Position numbers and translations under genes: made by a program. 32,159 nt of DNA from Patescibacteria group bacterium (GTDB taxonomy: Bacteria > Patescibacteriota > Microgenomatia > UBA1400 > PJMF01). Location: assembly GCA_018813375.1 (NCBI GenBank), contig JAHJBU010000049.1:1-32159 (forward strand), written 5' to 3'. The notes beneath the pieces were generated by a model. That model saw only the letters and a program-made list of their open reading frames with translations, had not been told where the DNA came from and searched no databases. Shown one piece after another: positions 20,256 to 28,776 of this stretch (the first letter of the stretch is position 1; each line of letters opens with the position of its first letter).

Positions 20256-20486
20256 CTAAATTCGTTTCAAAATTTCTAAATATTCGTCGTGGTTAATTCC
20301 CAGCGTGCGTAGATTGTTGCGGATAATAAAGACTGGTAGTTGTTTATAGGTGGGTAAAATTATTGGTCGTTTCAAGTTAGTTCGCCAGTAGACCCGATGA
20401 TCGCCTTTCTGTCTTTTAAATTCACAACCTATAAATAACAAAAACTTTTCAAATTTTTTCCAGCTAATCGGAACAATTTTAGGCAT
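20256..20486 (-). CDS. hicA: HicA-family mRNA interferase toxin
   Basis: 76 aa, basic; KFLLFIGCEFKRQKGDH with the conserved G-x-H; ends in I..NL..LGI..DEYL; overlaps upstream HicB-like gene. Confidence 0.85.
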   Translation of the reverse strand: MPKIVPISWKKFEKFLLFIGCEFKRQKGDHRVYWRTNLKRPIILPTYKQLPVFIIRNNLRTLGINHDEYLEILKRI

Positions 20487-20787
20487 ATGCGAATGGTAGG
20501 GGCTGATTAAGTGAGAATTGCTGCATTTGGCTAGATACTACTACTGGTGGAGTTAGGTTTTTCTTTTTCTTTTCCCATCCTAACTCAGATAGAACTTCTT
20601 CTAAAGTTCCTTTTTCGACCAGCTCTTCAAAAAAAATACTAATAATTTCTTTAAAATTTTCTTGTGCTTTCTCAAAGGATTCGCCTACAGCAGAAAGATC
20701 AACTGCGGGAGAATAGGCAATAAAATTCTCACCTTCTTTTAGGACCATCATTGGCAAGCTAAAGTTGATATTTGTTTTTTTAGACAT
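20479..20787 (-). CDS. hicB: HicB-like antitoxin (N-terminal partial RNase H-like domain only)
   Basis: KEGENFIAYSPAVDLSAVGESFEKAQENFKE matches the HicB N-terminal pattern; acidic; 8-nt overlap with hicA. Confidence 0.75.
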   Translation of the reverse strand: MSKKTNINFSLPMMVLKEGENFIAYSPAVDLSAVGESFEKAQENFKEIISIFFEELVEKGTLEEVLSELGWEKKKKNLTPPVVVSSQMQQFSLNQPLPFAYA

Positions 20788-20889
20788 ATATTAATATTCT
20801 AACAAAAAGTAATCTAATTGGATAGTCAAGAGATTAAATTGCAGTCATTGCTGGTGAAATTAAAGAGAAATTTTGGTATTATGAAGGAT

Positions 20890-21498
20890 ATGGCAGAAAA
20901 TTTAAGCAAAGGGGAACCAAGCAAAGAAAAAAAGCCCGGCTTTTTTGCTAGAATTAGAAAAAGTCTAGTAAGAGAAGAGACTGGTGCTCCTAAACTAGAG
21001 GCTGAATCTGAAGTGTCTCAAGCCGTAAATTTCAATACAGCTAGGTATGAAGCTGATTCAGGACTTCATACAGGATTAATTGGGCTGGAATATCTTACCA
21101 ATAAATTTCTTGAGCTTGCATTTAACAGACGTCAAAAAGATGCAGGGGTTTTTAATAACTTAGGGCAATATGATTATCTCCATCAAGTAGCTCAGGACTA
21201 TCTTAATAAATTTCCGAATCCTCAAAAATTTTTTCAGCAATTTATTTTTCAATTACTTGATGCTAAAGAAAATAAAGACTTTTTTCGAATTACTCATAAT
21301 ATGAATATGTATTTAAACGGGTATAAAAAAGCATGGACTGATTCTCAACAGACTTATGCAAAAATTCCAGAGATGTTTAGAATTCAAATGCAAGAGGCTG
21401 AGGATAGAAATAAAGAAGTTAAAGTTATTTTAGATACTATTGACGAGGCATTTACCACATTTGAAGCAGTAGCTCATGAAAAGGAAATGACTTTTTAG
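20890..21498 (+). CDS. Hypothetical helical protein (likely start ATG 20890 or 20881 rather than TTG 20818)
   Basis: Long ORF in AT-rich DNA; extended -10 TGGTATTAT ends 7 nt before ATG 20890; no recognised motif. Confidence 0.7.
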   Translation: MAENLSKGEPSKEKKPGFFARIRKSLVREETGAPKLEAESEVSQAVNFNTARYEADSGLHTGLIGLEYLTNKFLELAFNRRQKDAGVFNNLGQYDYLHQVAQDYLNKFPNPQKFFQQFIFQLLDAKENKDFFRITHNMNMYLNGYKKAWTDSQQTYAKIPEMFRIQMQEAEDRNKEVKVILDTIDEAFTTFEAVAHEKEMTF

Positions 21499-21514
21499 TT
21501 TTTAATATCAAGAT

Positions 21515-22162
21515 ATGAAAATCGAATCAAGCATGAACCCAAAATCAATTATTAAATCATCAGATGTTGAGCTGAGACAATTTCAAGAACTTCCTTCAAG
21601 GTTAAAGCAAGTAGCAGGCGAAGCGCTTCAAGGTATGGATTTTTTAAGAAGTTGCGGGGAAGAAATTATCCAACAGTTAGATAATCTTGTCGCTAATTTT
21701 TCAGATGTTCGGAAAAAATATCATGATCCAGCCATTGAAAATTTAAGAAGAAGAATTTCTAATTGGGATCAATCATTTGCTCAAGATTTAATAAAAGCGG
21801 TGACTGCTGGAAAATTTGAGAACTATGAAAAGACTCCGGGAGCTAAATTTTATTTAGAGAGCATGTTTCGCACTATAGTTGCTGTTACACATGAATTTGA
21901 TCTCTTGTTAAACAAATATGAAGAATCCCATAAGACAGCCCGAGAAGAACTGCAAGAGAAATATGGAAGTATTAGAGACACTAATGCCCGTCAATATACA
22001 GAACTTGCTGAAAAGCCAGTAGATGTTTACTGGGATGGTCTTGCTAGTATTCACGATAATGTAGTTCCAAAAGTAAGGCGAATAGGCGATGAGCTTGGTT
22101 CTAAAGTTATAAAAATCGAAAAAATGTTGGCAGATCAATTAGGAGATCGAGCTTCAAGCTAG
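21515..22162 (+). CDS. Hypothetical helical protein
   Basis: 215-aa ORF starting 16 nt after the previous gene; no recognised motif. Confidence 0.7.
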   Translation: MKIESSMNPKSIIKSSDVELRQFQELPSRLKQVAGEALQGMDFLRSCGEEIIQQLDNLVANFSDVRKKYHDPAIENLRRRISNWDQSFAQDLIKAVTAGKFENYEKTPGAKFYLESMFRTIVAVTHEFDLLLNKYEESHKTAREELQEKYGSIRDTNARQYTELAEKPVDVYWDGLASIHDNVVPKVRRIGDELGSKVIKIEKMLADQLGDRASS

Positions 22163-22207
22163 ATGGTTAATCGCTTTTTTTTCTTTGAATTGCAAAAAAC
22201 TAAAAAA

Positions 22208-23081
22208 TTACAAAGATAAAAGACTGTAGGTTTTTTGTACAGTCTTTTGATTGTCAGGATTTTGCCAATCTTCTTCATTTATTACAAAAGTTTCGAGATA
22301 ATGCAATGTGTCCTCGGCAATTTTTGTAAGTCCATATTGATGAGTAAGATCAGATTTTAGTATTTTTTTTATCTTGCCCAGTTTTTAAGTTTAGAGCAAT
22401 AAGACTAGCTGCTTCTCCAGCTGCCCAAGGACGATTCTGGAAAGTGTCGCAATTACCATAAATAACATAATCTTTATAAAACAGAAAGTCGAGAGAAGTC
22501 GCACAAAAGTTTGTTGCAACCAAATTTTCTTTTACTAGAGAAAGAGGGATAATCGTTCTTGACACGTTTGTCCCCGTGGATAGTAAGACGTACTCTCCTT
22601 TGTTGTCGTCAATTACAATTGTCGCACCAAAGATCGAAACAGTACCAGTAATTTTAATTACTGCTTGATTTTTTTTATCATAAACAATAATTTCACCTAT
22701 TTTTTCTGGCGTATCTCCTTTTTGATTTATCAAGTAAACAGAATAATTGTTATTCTCTCCTAATAACTCTTTATTTATAAAATCCTCAAGTTTTACATTG
22801 GTTGTTGGGGTAGTGGTGGGAATACTCGTTAGCTCTTGTTTAATAGCTGCTGGAGGTTGATTAGTTTCTGGTGTTGGACTTGGTAAATAAGATTGACTAT
22901 TTTTTGTTTTAAAGTAATTTGATGCAAATACTCCTATCATTATTATAAATAAAAGTGTGAGAATTGCAGTTGAAACCATCCAAAAATTGATTTTTGACTT
23001 GATTTTAATTTCAGTTGGCTTATCAGGAAATTGATCAATCTGATTAATGCTTTGATCACTAGAATTTATTTGATTTTCCAT
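22208..23081 (-). pseudogene. Single-TM surface protein with Pro/Thr linker, apparently frameshifted at an A8 tract (243 aa as read, ~290 aa if corrected)
   Basis: GGAG SD, TM at ~aa 33-55, PSPTP/PTTTPTT linker; stop 4 codons into/after the A8 (22363-22370); the shifted frame stays open for 51 codons to TAA at 22208-22210. Confidence 0.65.
22218..22248. terminator. Perfect 11-bp inverted repeat, possible bidirectional terminator
   Basis: AAAAGACTGTA (22218-22228), 9-nt loop, TACAGTCTTTT (22238-22248), between convergent genes. Confidence 0.45.
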
Positions 23082-23234
23082 TTTTTATCTCCAGATAAAA
23101 GCATATCACATTTTTAAAACCGGCAATTATGCAAGATTCAACAACCTCTTCAACACCTTTTTCCCAGATATGAAATCGCTTGGGTTAATGTATTCCTATG
23201 GGTTATTGAATCCTTTTAGTATAATAGCGATATT

Positions 23235-23801
23235 ATGAATATGACTAAAAACCTACTACAAATTGCCTTACTAGGGCATCCCGTTCTTAGAAAGAAAGCT
23301 CAAAGAGTAAAGTCTATAAAAGAAAGAGCTGTTCAAAGTTTGATTGATGACCTAATTTATACTGTTATGGATGCTAATGGAGTGGGTATTGCTGCACCTC
23401 AAGTTTATCGGTCGTTACAGATATTTATAATGGCGTCACATCCAAATGAGAGATACCCAAATGCACCCGAGATGCCTGCTACTCCAGTAATTAACCCTAA
23501 AATTACTCATTATAGTGAAGAAACTGAACTAGACTGGGAGGGCTGCTTAAGCATGCCCGGAGTAAGAGCTTTAGTGCCTCGTTCAAAAACAATAAAAGTA
23601 ACTTTTCAAGATAGAGAGGGTAATAAACATTGTGATGAATATGAAGGCTTTATCGCTCGCATATTCCAGCATGAGTATGATCATCTTAATGGTTTAGTTT
23701 TTTTTGATAGGCTAGATAGTTTGAAAGACATTTATATGGAGAAAGAATATAAAAAGATTATTTCTACACATAAATTAGTAAGGTATGATATTATCTGTTA
23801 A
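23235..23801 (+). CDS. def: Peptide deformylase
   Basis: GVGIAAPQV, EGCLS, QHEYDHLNG motifs. Confidence 0.97.
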   Translation: MNMTKNLLQIALLGHPVLRKKAQRVKSIKERAVQSLIDDLIYTVMDANGVGIAAPQVYRSLQIFIMASHPNERYPNAPEMPATPVINPKITHYSEETELDWEGCLSMPGVRALVPRSKTIKVTFQDREGNKHCDEYEGFIARIFQHEYDHLNGLVFFDRLDSLKDIYMEKEYKKIISTHKLVRYDIIC

Positions 23802-23804
23802 TAT

Positions 23805-24686
23805 ATGAACGAATACTTTCGCATGCCTGATTTTAGGAAATTCTTTATTAGTTATTTTACCCCTGCTATTGTTATAGTCTTGTTTTTATTGTCAATTAGA
23901 ATTATTTCTGCGGGTGAAGTTTCGGTTGTTGCTAGATTTGGAAGAGTAACAGGCAGAGTGCTTGATCCAGGTGCTCACCTTATAATTCCGCTTGTAGAAA
24001 ATACGAAGTCATACAACACCAAAAAAATAATTTATGAGACTTCTACAGTAGATAAGCAAAAGGCTTCTGAAGCAGACTATAAAGATTATCCTGTGGATAC
24101 CAATACTGAGGATGGACAACAAGTAAATATTTTTTACACAGTAAGATTCAGTATTGACTCGACAAAAGCAGCCTGGATAGCACAAAACATCGGTTCAGAA
24201 ATTGCTTTGGTTGAAAAAGTTGTAAAGACAGAGTCTAGGATTTGGGCAAGAAATGTTCCCAGAAGATTTTCTGCACACATGCTTTACACTGGTGACGGGT
24301 CAATTAAAGTTCAGAACGAAATATTTGACGCTTTAAAACCCACATTTGAGGAAAACGGGTTGGTTTTAGATTCTGTGGGAATTAGAGAAATTCAGTTTAC
24401 AGACCAATACATAAGCGCCATAGAAACTAAGCAGATTGAAGCTGTAAAAGTGGAAACCGAACAAAATATAGCTGAACAGGCAAAGCATCAGAAAGACGCC
24501 AGAATTACTCAGGCTCAAGGTGAGGCAGAGGAGCAAAGACTGCAAAGACTAACGCTTGATGCTCAAGTTTTACAAAAAATAAGCCTGGATAACCAAAAGT
24601 TATTTATTGAAAAGTGGAATGGAACAATGCCGAAAATTATCGGCTCAGAGGACATGTTGTTTGATGTTTCAAATATTATTGAGTAA
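23805..24686 (+). CDS. SPFH/prohibitin (band 7) family membrane protein
   Basis: N-terminal TM, GEVSVVARFG...PGAHLIIP, Ala/Glu-rich coiled coil (AIETKQIE...AQGEAE), IEKWNGTMP. Confidence 0.92.
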   Translation: MNEYFRMPDFRKFFISYFTPAIVIVLFLLSIRIISAGEVSVVARFGRVTGRVLDPGAHLIIPLVENTKSYNTKKIIYETSTVDKQKASEADYKDYPVDTNTEDGQQVNIFYTVRFSIDSTKAAWIAQNIGSEIALVEKVVKTESRIWARNVPRRFSAHMLYTGDGSIKVQNEIFDALKPTFEENGLVLDSVGIREIQFTDQYISAIETKQIEAVKVETEQNIAEQAKHQKDARITQAQGEAEEQRLQRLTLDAQVLQKISLDNQKLFIEKWNGTMPKIIGSEDMLFDVSNIIE

Positions 24687-24729
24687 ATAGCTTGTTCTCC
24701 CTAACGATTCCGCAACCGAACCCGGTAAA

Positions 24730-26040
24730 TCAAATAAGTTGCTTCCTTTGCCTTTCCCAATACCTAGTCTGCCTACATAAAATCTTTGAAGCTTGCTCTG
24801 GGTGAGCCATAATTGCTTTAACTACAATTTCTAAAAAGATAGTATTTTGTGAACCTTTGACTAAAATTAAATCGTGAGGCTCAATTATTTTTTTAACAGT
24901 TCCCAGCGCCTCATAGGAAGTGATAAAAGAATGAATCTTGGTCTTAGCAAATTTTAATTTTTTTAATTTAGGCAAAATATATTTAGCAGTGAGAGGGCCG
25001 ACTAAAATTATTTCATCAGCATTTTTAGAAACTACCTCTGCTAACTTTTCATGATCTTGTTTTTCTTGTTTACCGATCTCACGCATGTCACCTAAAATAG
25101 CTATTTTTTTACCCCTAGCAGAAATTTGGTTCAACATCCTCAGCGTGGCCGAGGTAGGTTCTAAAGAAGAATTATAGGAAGAATCTATAATTACTGAATT
25201 ATTAATTCCTTCTAAGACAGTCATCCTACCTGGCAATAATTTAAATCTTTTTTCTAGAGCATTAACTCCATCTTCAATATTAACTCCAAAATATTCTCCA
25301 GCTAGTAATGCAGAAGCAAACCCTCCAAATGCTTCCTTGAAATGAACCTGATTTGCTAAATTTAAGACAAACTGCTTGCCACCAGCTAAAAATACAAACT
25401 TAGTGCCATTTAAGCTGACATCGTATTTTAATAACTGCATATCAGAATGTTGATTGATAGAAAATTTTTTCTTTTTAGCCCTGATATTTTTTTCTAAATT
25501 AACAATACTGTGGTGATCTGCAGAAAATATAGCTAGGCCATTTTCTGGCAGTGAAGACAATAACTTGCCCTTTTCTGTAGTAATAGCTTTAATTGTATCT
25601 TTGCCTGAAAAATTTGCGCCATGAACATTATTAACATTTAGAAATATTCCCACCATAGGCTTAATAATTTTTAATAGATAAGTCATATTTTTAGGAATCT
25701 GATCACTATCAATTCCCATCTCAACTATTAGCAACTCATATTTGGGCCAATAAAAAATAACCTGCCAAATGCTGAGCAAAATGACCCCAATCCATCTCAA
25801 GCCAGTGTAGTTTTTAATCGGAATACCTAAAAGTTCAAGGGGAATGCCGGTTTCACTATTGCCCTTAAGAGTGCATTTAACTGAGTGCTTTGTTTTTAAA
25901 ACTTCACCAATAGCTTTAACAGTACTAGTTTTTCCAGCACTCCCAGTGACACCAATAATAGTGGGCTTATTTTTTTTGATTTGTAGTCTTGCTATCAAGC
26001 GCAACCACATAAGAATATATTTTTCAGCCTGTTTTTTCAT
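24730..26040 (-). CDS. murF: Mur ligase, MurF-like (UDP-MurNAc-tripeptide:D-Ala-D-Ala ligase)
   Basis: IGVTGSAGKTST, VEMG, PGRM, IIDSSYNSS, ILGDMREIG, ILVKGSQ; overlaps ddl. Confidence 0.88.
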   Translation of the reverse strand: MKKQAEKYILMWLRLIARLQIKKNKPTIIGVTGSAGKTSTVKAIGEVLKTKHSVKCTLKGNSETGIPLELLGIPIKNYTGLRWIGVILLSIWQVIFYWPKYELLIVEMGIDSDQIPKNMTYLLKIIKPMVGIFLNVNNVHGANFSGKDTIKAITTEKGKLLSSLPENGLAIFSADHHSIVNLEKNIRAKKKKFSINQHSDMQLLKYDVSLNGTKFVFLAGGKQFVLNLANQVHFKEAFGGFASALLAGEYFGVNIEDGVNALEKRFKLLPGRMTVLEGINNSVIIDSSYNSSLEPTSATLRMLNQISARGKKIAILGDMREIGKQEKQDHEKLAEVVSKNADEIILVGPLTAKYILPKLKKLKFAKTKIHSFITSYEALGTVKKIIEPHDLILVKGSQNTIFLEIVVKAIMAHPEQASKILCRQTRYWERQRKQLI

Positions 26041-27089
26041 GGCTGGTATTCATATGAAAGTTGCTGTTTTTCTTGCCATTGTTCCTCAGCAAGCTCTAGT
26101 AGTTTTGTGATTAAATTAGTGTAGGATAATCCAGTTGCATTCCATAGTTTAGGATACATACTAATGGAGGTAAAACCAGGAAGGGTATTAATTTCATTTA
26201 GAAAATATTTGCCAGTTTGTGATTGATAGAAAAAATCAACGCGCGATAATCCAATGCAGTCTAAGGCTTTAAATGTTTGAACAGCTGTGTTTCTAATTAG
26301 CTTGGCAGTTTTTTGAGGGATATTAGCTGGAATGGCTATTTTAATATCATCGGTGATGTATTTAGTTTCGTAGTCATAAAACTGTGTATTTGGGATAATT
26401 TCTCCGCAAACTGAAGCCTCGGGTTCGTGGTTTCCAAGCACTGAAACTTCAATTTCTTTAATATCATTTACACCTTCTTCAACGATAATTTTATGGTCAT
26501 ATTTGAGAGCTTCTAAGACAGCATCTTTGAGAGTTTTTTTAGAATTAACTTTACTAACGCCTACGCTTGAACCCATATTCGCTGGCTTAATAAATAAAGG
26601 GTATTTGAGTTGTTCGTCGATATTTTGAATTATTAAGTTAGGCACATTTTGCCATTGATAACTAGAAAAACCCACGTATTTAGTTTGAGGAATATTGTAA
26701 AAAGCACAGACCTGTTTCTGAATAATTTTATCCATGGCTAGTGCAGAGCCAAGCACTCTAGATCCAACATAAGCTACATTTAATAGTTCTAATAAGCCTT
26801 GCATAGTGCCATCTTCACCGTTTGGACCGTGCAAAATTGGAAAAATAATGTCAGAGTTTAAAATTTGTTTATTTGGGATAAGTGATGGATTTTCTGGCGA
26901 GACAACCTTTCCATTTTTAGTTATACCCTCTACTGTGGCGCCATAGTGCCAATATCCCTGATGAGTAATGCCCATGGCAGTAGTTTTATATAAAGCAGGG
27001 TTGATTTTTTCTTCAATGGATTTTGCAGATTTAACTGAAACTTCATGTTCTCCAGATTTTCCGCCAAAAATAATTAAAACATTTTTCAT
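26037..27089 (-). CDS. ddl: D-alanine--D-alanine ligase
   Basis: FGGKSGEHEVS, LHGPNGEDG, KPANMGSSVG, FYDYETKY (omega-loop Tyr, D-Ala-D-Ala type), NEINTLPG. Confidence 0.97.
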   Translation of the reverse strand: MKNVLIIFGGKSGEHEVSVKSAKSIEEKINPALYKTTAMGITHQGYWHYGATVEGITKNGKVVSPENPSLIPNKQILNSDIIFPILHGPNGEDGTMQGLLELLNVAYVGSRVLGSALAMDKIIQKQVCAFYNIPQTKYVGFSSYQWQNVPNLIIQNIDEQLKYPLFIKPANMGSSVGVSKVNSKKTLKDAVLEALKYDHKIIVEEGVNDIKEIEVSVLGNHEPEASVCGEIIPNTQFYDYETKYITDDIKIAIPANIPQKTAKLIRNTAVQTFKALDCIGLSRVDFFYQSQTGKYFLNEINTLPGFTSISMYPKLWNATGLSYTNLITKLLELAEEQWQEKQQLSYEYQP

Positions 27090-27121
27090 ATAGCTCTATT
27101 TTATATAGTTCTATTATAACG

Positions 27122-28525
27122 TTATTTCCTCTTAATCTCGTAACTAGTCAAATGTTTAAGAAAAATAGCTGGGGCGTCTTCTAATAAAAACTGTTGGAAT
27201 TCTTGATAAATAGCCCTACGCTCATTTTTTTCTGCAATTTTACGACCTTTTTCCAATAGAGCATCAATGCGGGTGTTTTTGTAACCAGTAAAATTAGTGC
27301 TTTGTTCTGAATGCCAGAGATTATATTGGTCTGGGTCAGGAGGAATTTCTTGACCAATTAAGAGAGCCTGGAAGTTACTTGTATCAGGAAAATTAGTAAC
27401 TCTAATGCTTACTTGAATTTGAGCATTTACGCATTGATCTTTATCTAAAACAATATCTCCTTCTAGACAAGCTTGATAAGTTTCTGCGCCCAATTTTTCC
27501 CAATCTTTTTTAATTTGTTCAGCTTCAGCCACAAAATTATCTGTGGTCGTCAGCTCAATGTGCGGTGGTTCAAAAGGAATTTCATCTAGGATTCTTTCAA
27601 TTGCACGCTCTGTGTCTAGAATATAAGATTTTCCACCTTCTAGGTATGCCCAAGAATCAGGATTAATAGGTCCCAGAGCTCTTTCTTTTCCCTCTGGCTT
27701 ATTAGTCACATATGATAAAGCTTGGCGAATATTTTTGGGGAAAAGTGGGTGAGAATTATTAAAAAAAACAGCTAAATAGCGGTTATTGTGCAGGCGTTGA
27801 CTAGCCTCAACGTTAGGCCAAGTAGCAATATCATGTGGTGAAGATAGGTCCGGGAGTTCGTCAACCTCCCCTCTTTTGAAAGCCAATATTGCTTCATCTT
27901 CGGTAAAGTAAAAACGATAAATTAATTTTTCTTCGGCACTACTTAGAACTATCTCAGTAATTTTTTGACCTTCTTGTTTGTAGTTTTCTAAAGTATATTT
28001 GCCAATTCCGATTAACATAGGTCGTTTAAAAAATACAAGGTATTTTTTTTGCACAGTTCTAAAAACTGGTTTTGAGACTACAGTGGGGAAAGGCACATAT
28101 TCGTCTGGAAGTTTAAAAATAATATCATTGGGAGTAGTTAAAATTTCTACTTCTTGCAAATTATATTCAATATCACTTGGCTTAAGCTCTTGACCATCTT
28201 GCCATTGGATTCCTTTTTTAACTACGAATCGATAAGTTTTACCACCATCTTCAATAGCCCAACGTTCAGCAAGATATGGGCTAATAGTGTTGTCATCATT
28301 TATTTTAGTCAATCCTGCACTAAGTTGGTTTTGAATATTAAGAGGAAGGCTATACAGGGTGTGTTTGCCAATTAGCCCGATATAACGGCTGGGCTTTTGT
28401 TCTAATTTTTGAGCAATTATAGAAATAAAAAAAGAAAATACTATTAAAGCTCCTGCAATAGAGGTAATCAACACCCAGCCATGTTTTTTAAAGTAAGTGG
28501 TGACGTACCAGTAAATCTTGCGCAT
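27122..28525 (-). CDS. Family-5 (OppA/DppA-like) extracellular solute-binding protein, TM-anchored
   Basis: PYLAERW...GKTYRF...WQDGQEL; IRQALSY; WHSEQ..NFTGYKNTRIDALLEKGR; YQEFQQFLLEDAPAIFL. Confidence 0.85.
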   Translation of the reverse strand: MRKIYWYVTTYFKKHGWVLITSIAGALIVFSFFISIIAQKLEQKPSRYIGLIGKHTLYSLPLNIQNQLSAGLTKINDDNTISPYLAERWAIEDGGKTYRFVVKKGIQWQDGQELKPSDIEYNLQEVEILTTPNDIIFKLPDEYVPFPTVVSKPVFRTVQKKYLVFFKRPMLIGIGKYTLENYKQEGQKITEIVLSSAEEKLIYRFYFTEDEAILAFKRGEVDELPDLSSPHDIATWPNVEASQRLHNNRYLAVFFNNSHPLFPKNIRQALSYVTNKPEGKERALGPINPDSWAYLEGGKSYILDTERAIERILDEIPFEPPHIELTTTDNFVAEAEQIKKDWEKLGAETYQACLEGDIVLDKDQCVNAQIQVSIRVTNFPDTSNFQALLIGQEIPPDPDQYNLWHSEQSTNFTGYKNTRIDALLEKGRKIAEKNERRAIYQEFQQFLLEDAPAIFLKHLTSYEIKRK

Positions 28526-28534
28526 GGCTTTATT

Positions 28535-28750
28535 TTAAACCATGATGATAGCTAGAGATACTGCGGCAAAGATTGTGATGGTTGCAATAGTTAAGTAGAA
28601 TAATACTTTTTCTAGCCCTCGTTTCGTGTGATAAGTTTCACCACCTCCGCCCCAAGTTGACCCCAAGCCTGTACCCTGAGCCTGTAGTAAGATTAGGGTG
28701 GCAATAAGAATTGATAAAACTATTTGTGAAATTAGTAAAATATTTTTCAC
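28535..28750 (-). CDS. secG: Preprotein translocase subunit SecG
   Basis: Two TM helices linked by ILLQAQGTGLGSTWGGG...TKRGLEK; GTG start. Confidence 0.92.
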   Translation of the reverse strand: MKNILLISQIVLSILIATLILLQAQGTGLGSTWGGGGETYHTKRGLEKVLFYLTIATITIFAAVSLAIIMV

Positions 28751-28776
28751 CTGTGCCCTTCGGGTATAATTATTTA

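Noticed and set aside
20176-20259. Perfect SD-like AAGGAGGTGA (20197-20206) and a 27-codon plus-strand ORF
   Set aside because: No start codon at a suitable distance after the SD-like sequence; it falls in the spacer of the probable minus-strand cyclophilin promoter
20818-20889. TTG-initiated N-terminal extension of the first orphan gene (also the TTG 17971 and GTG 19506 starts)
   Set aside because: Downstream ATGs sit at the expected distance from -10-like elements, and the extensions overlap promoter sequence
24687-24729. GC-richer spacer containing CCCTAAC after the SPFH gene, reminiscent of an integron attC end
   Set aside because: No matching GTTRRRY partner, no hairpin and no integrase in the window
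26037-27089. Possible Van-type D-Ala-D-Lac ligase
   Set aside because: The omega loop FYDYETKY retains Tyr, the gene is coupled to murF, and no van genes are nearby
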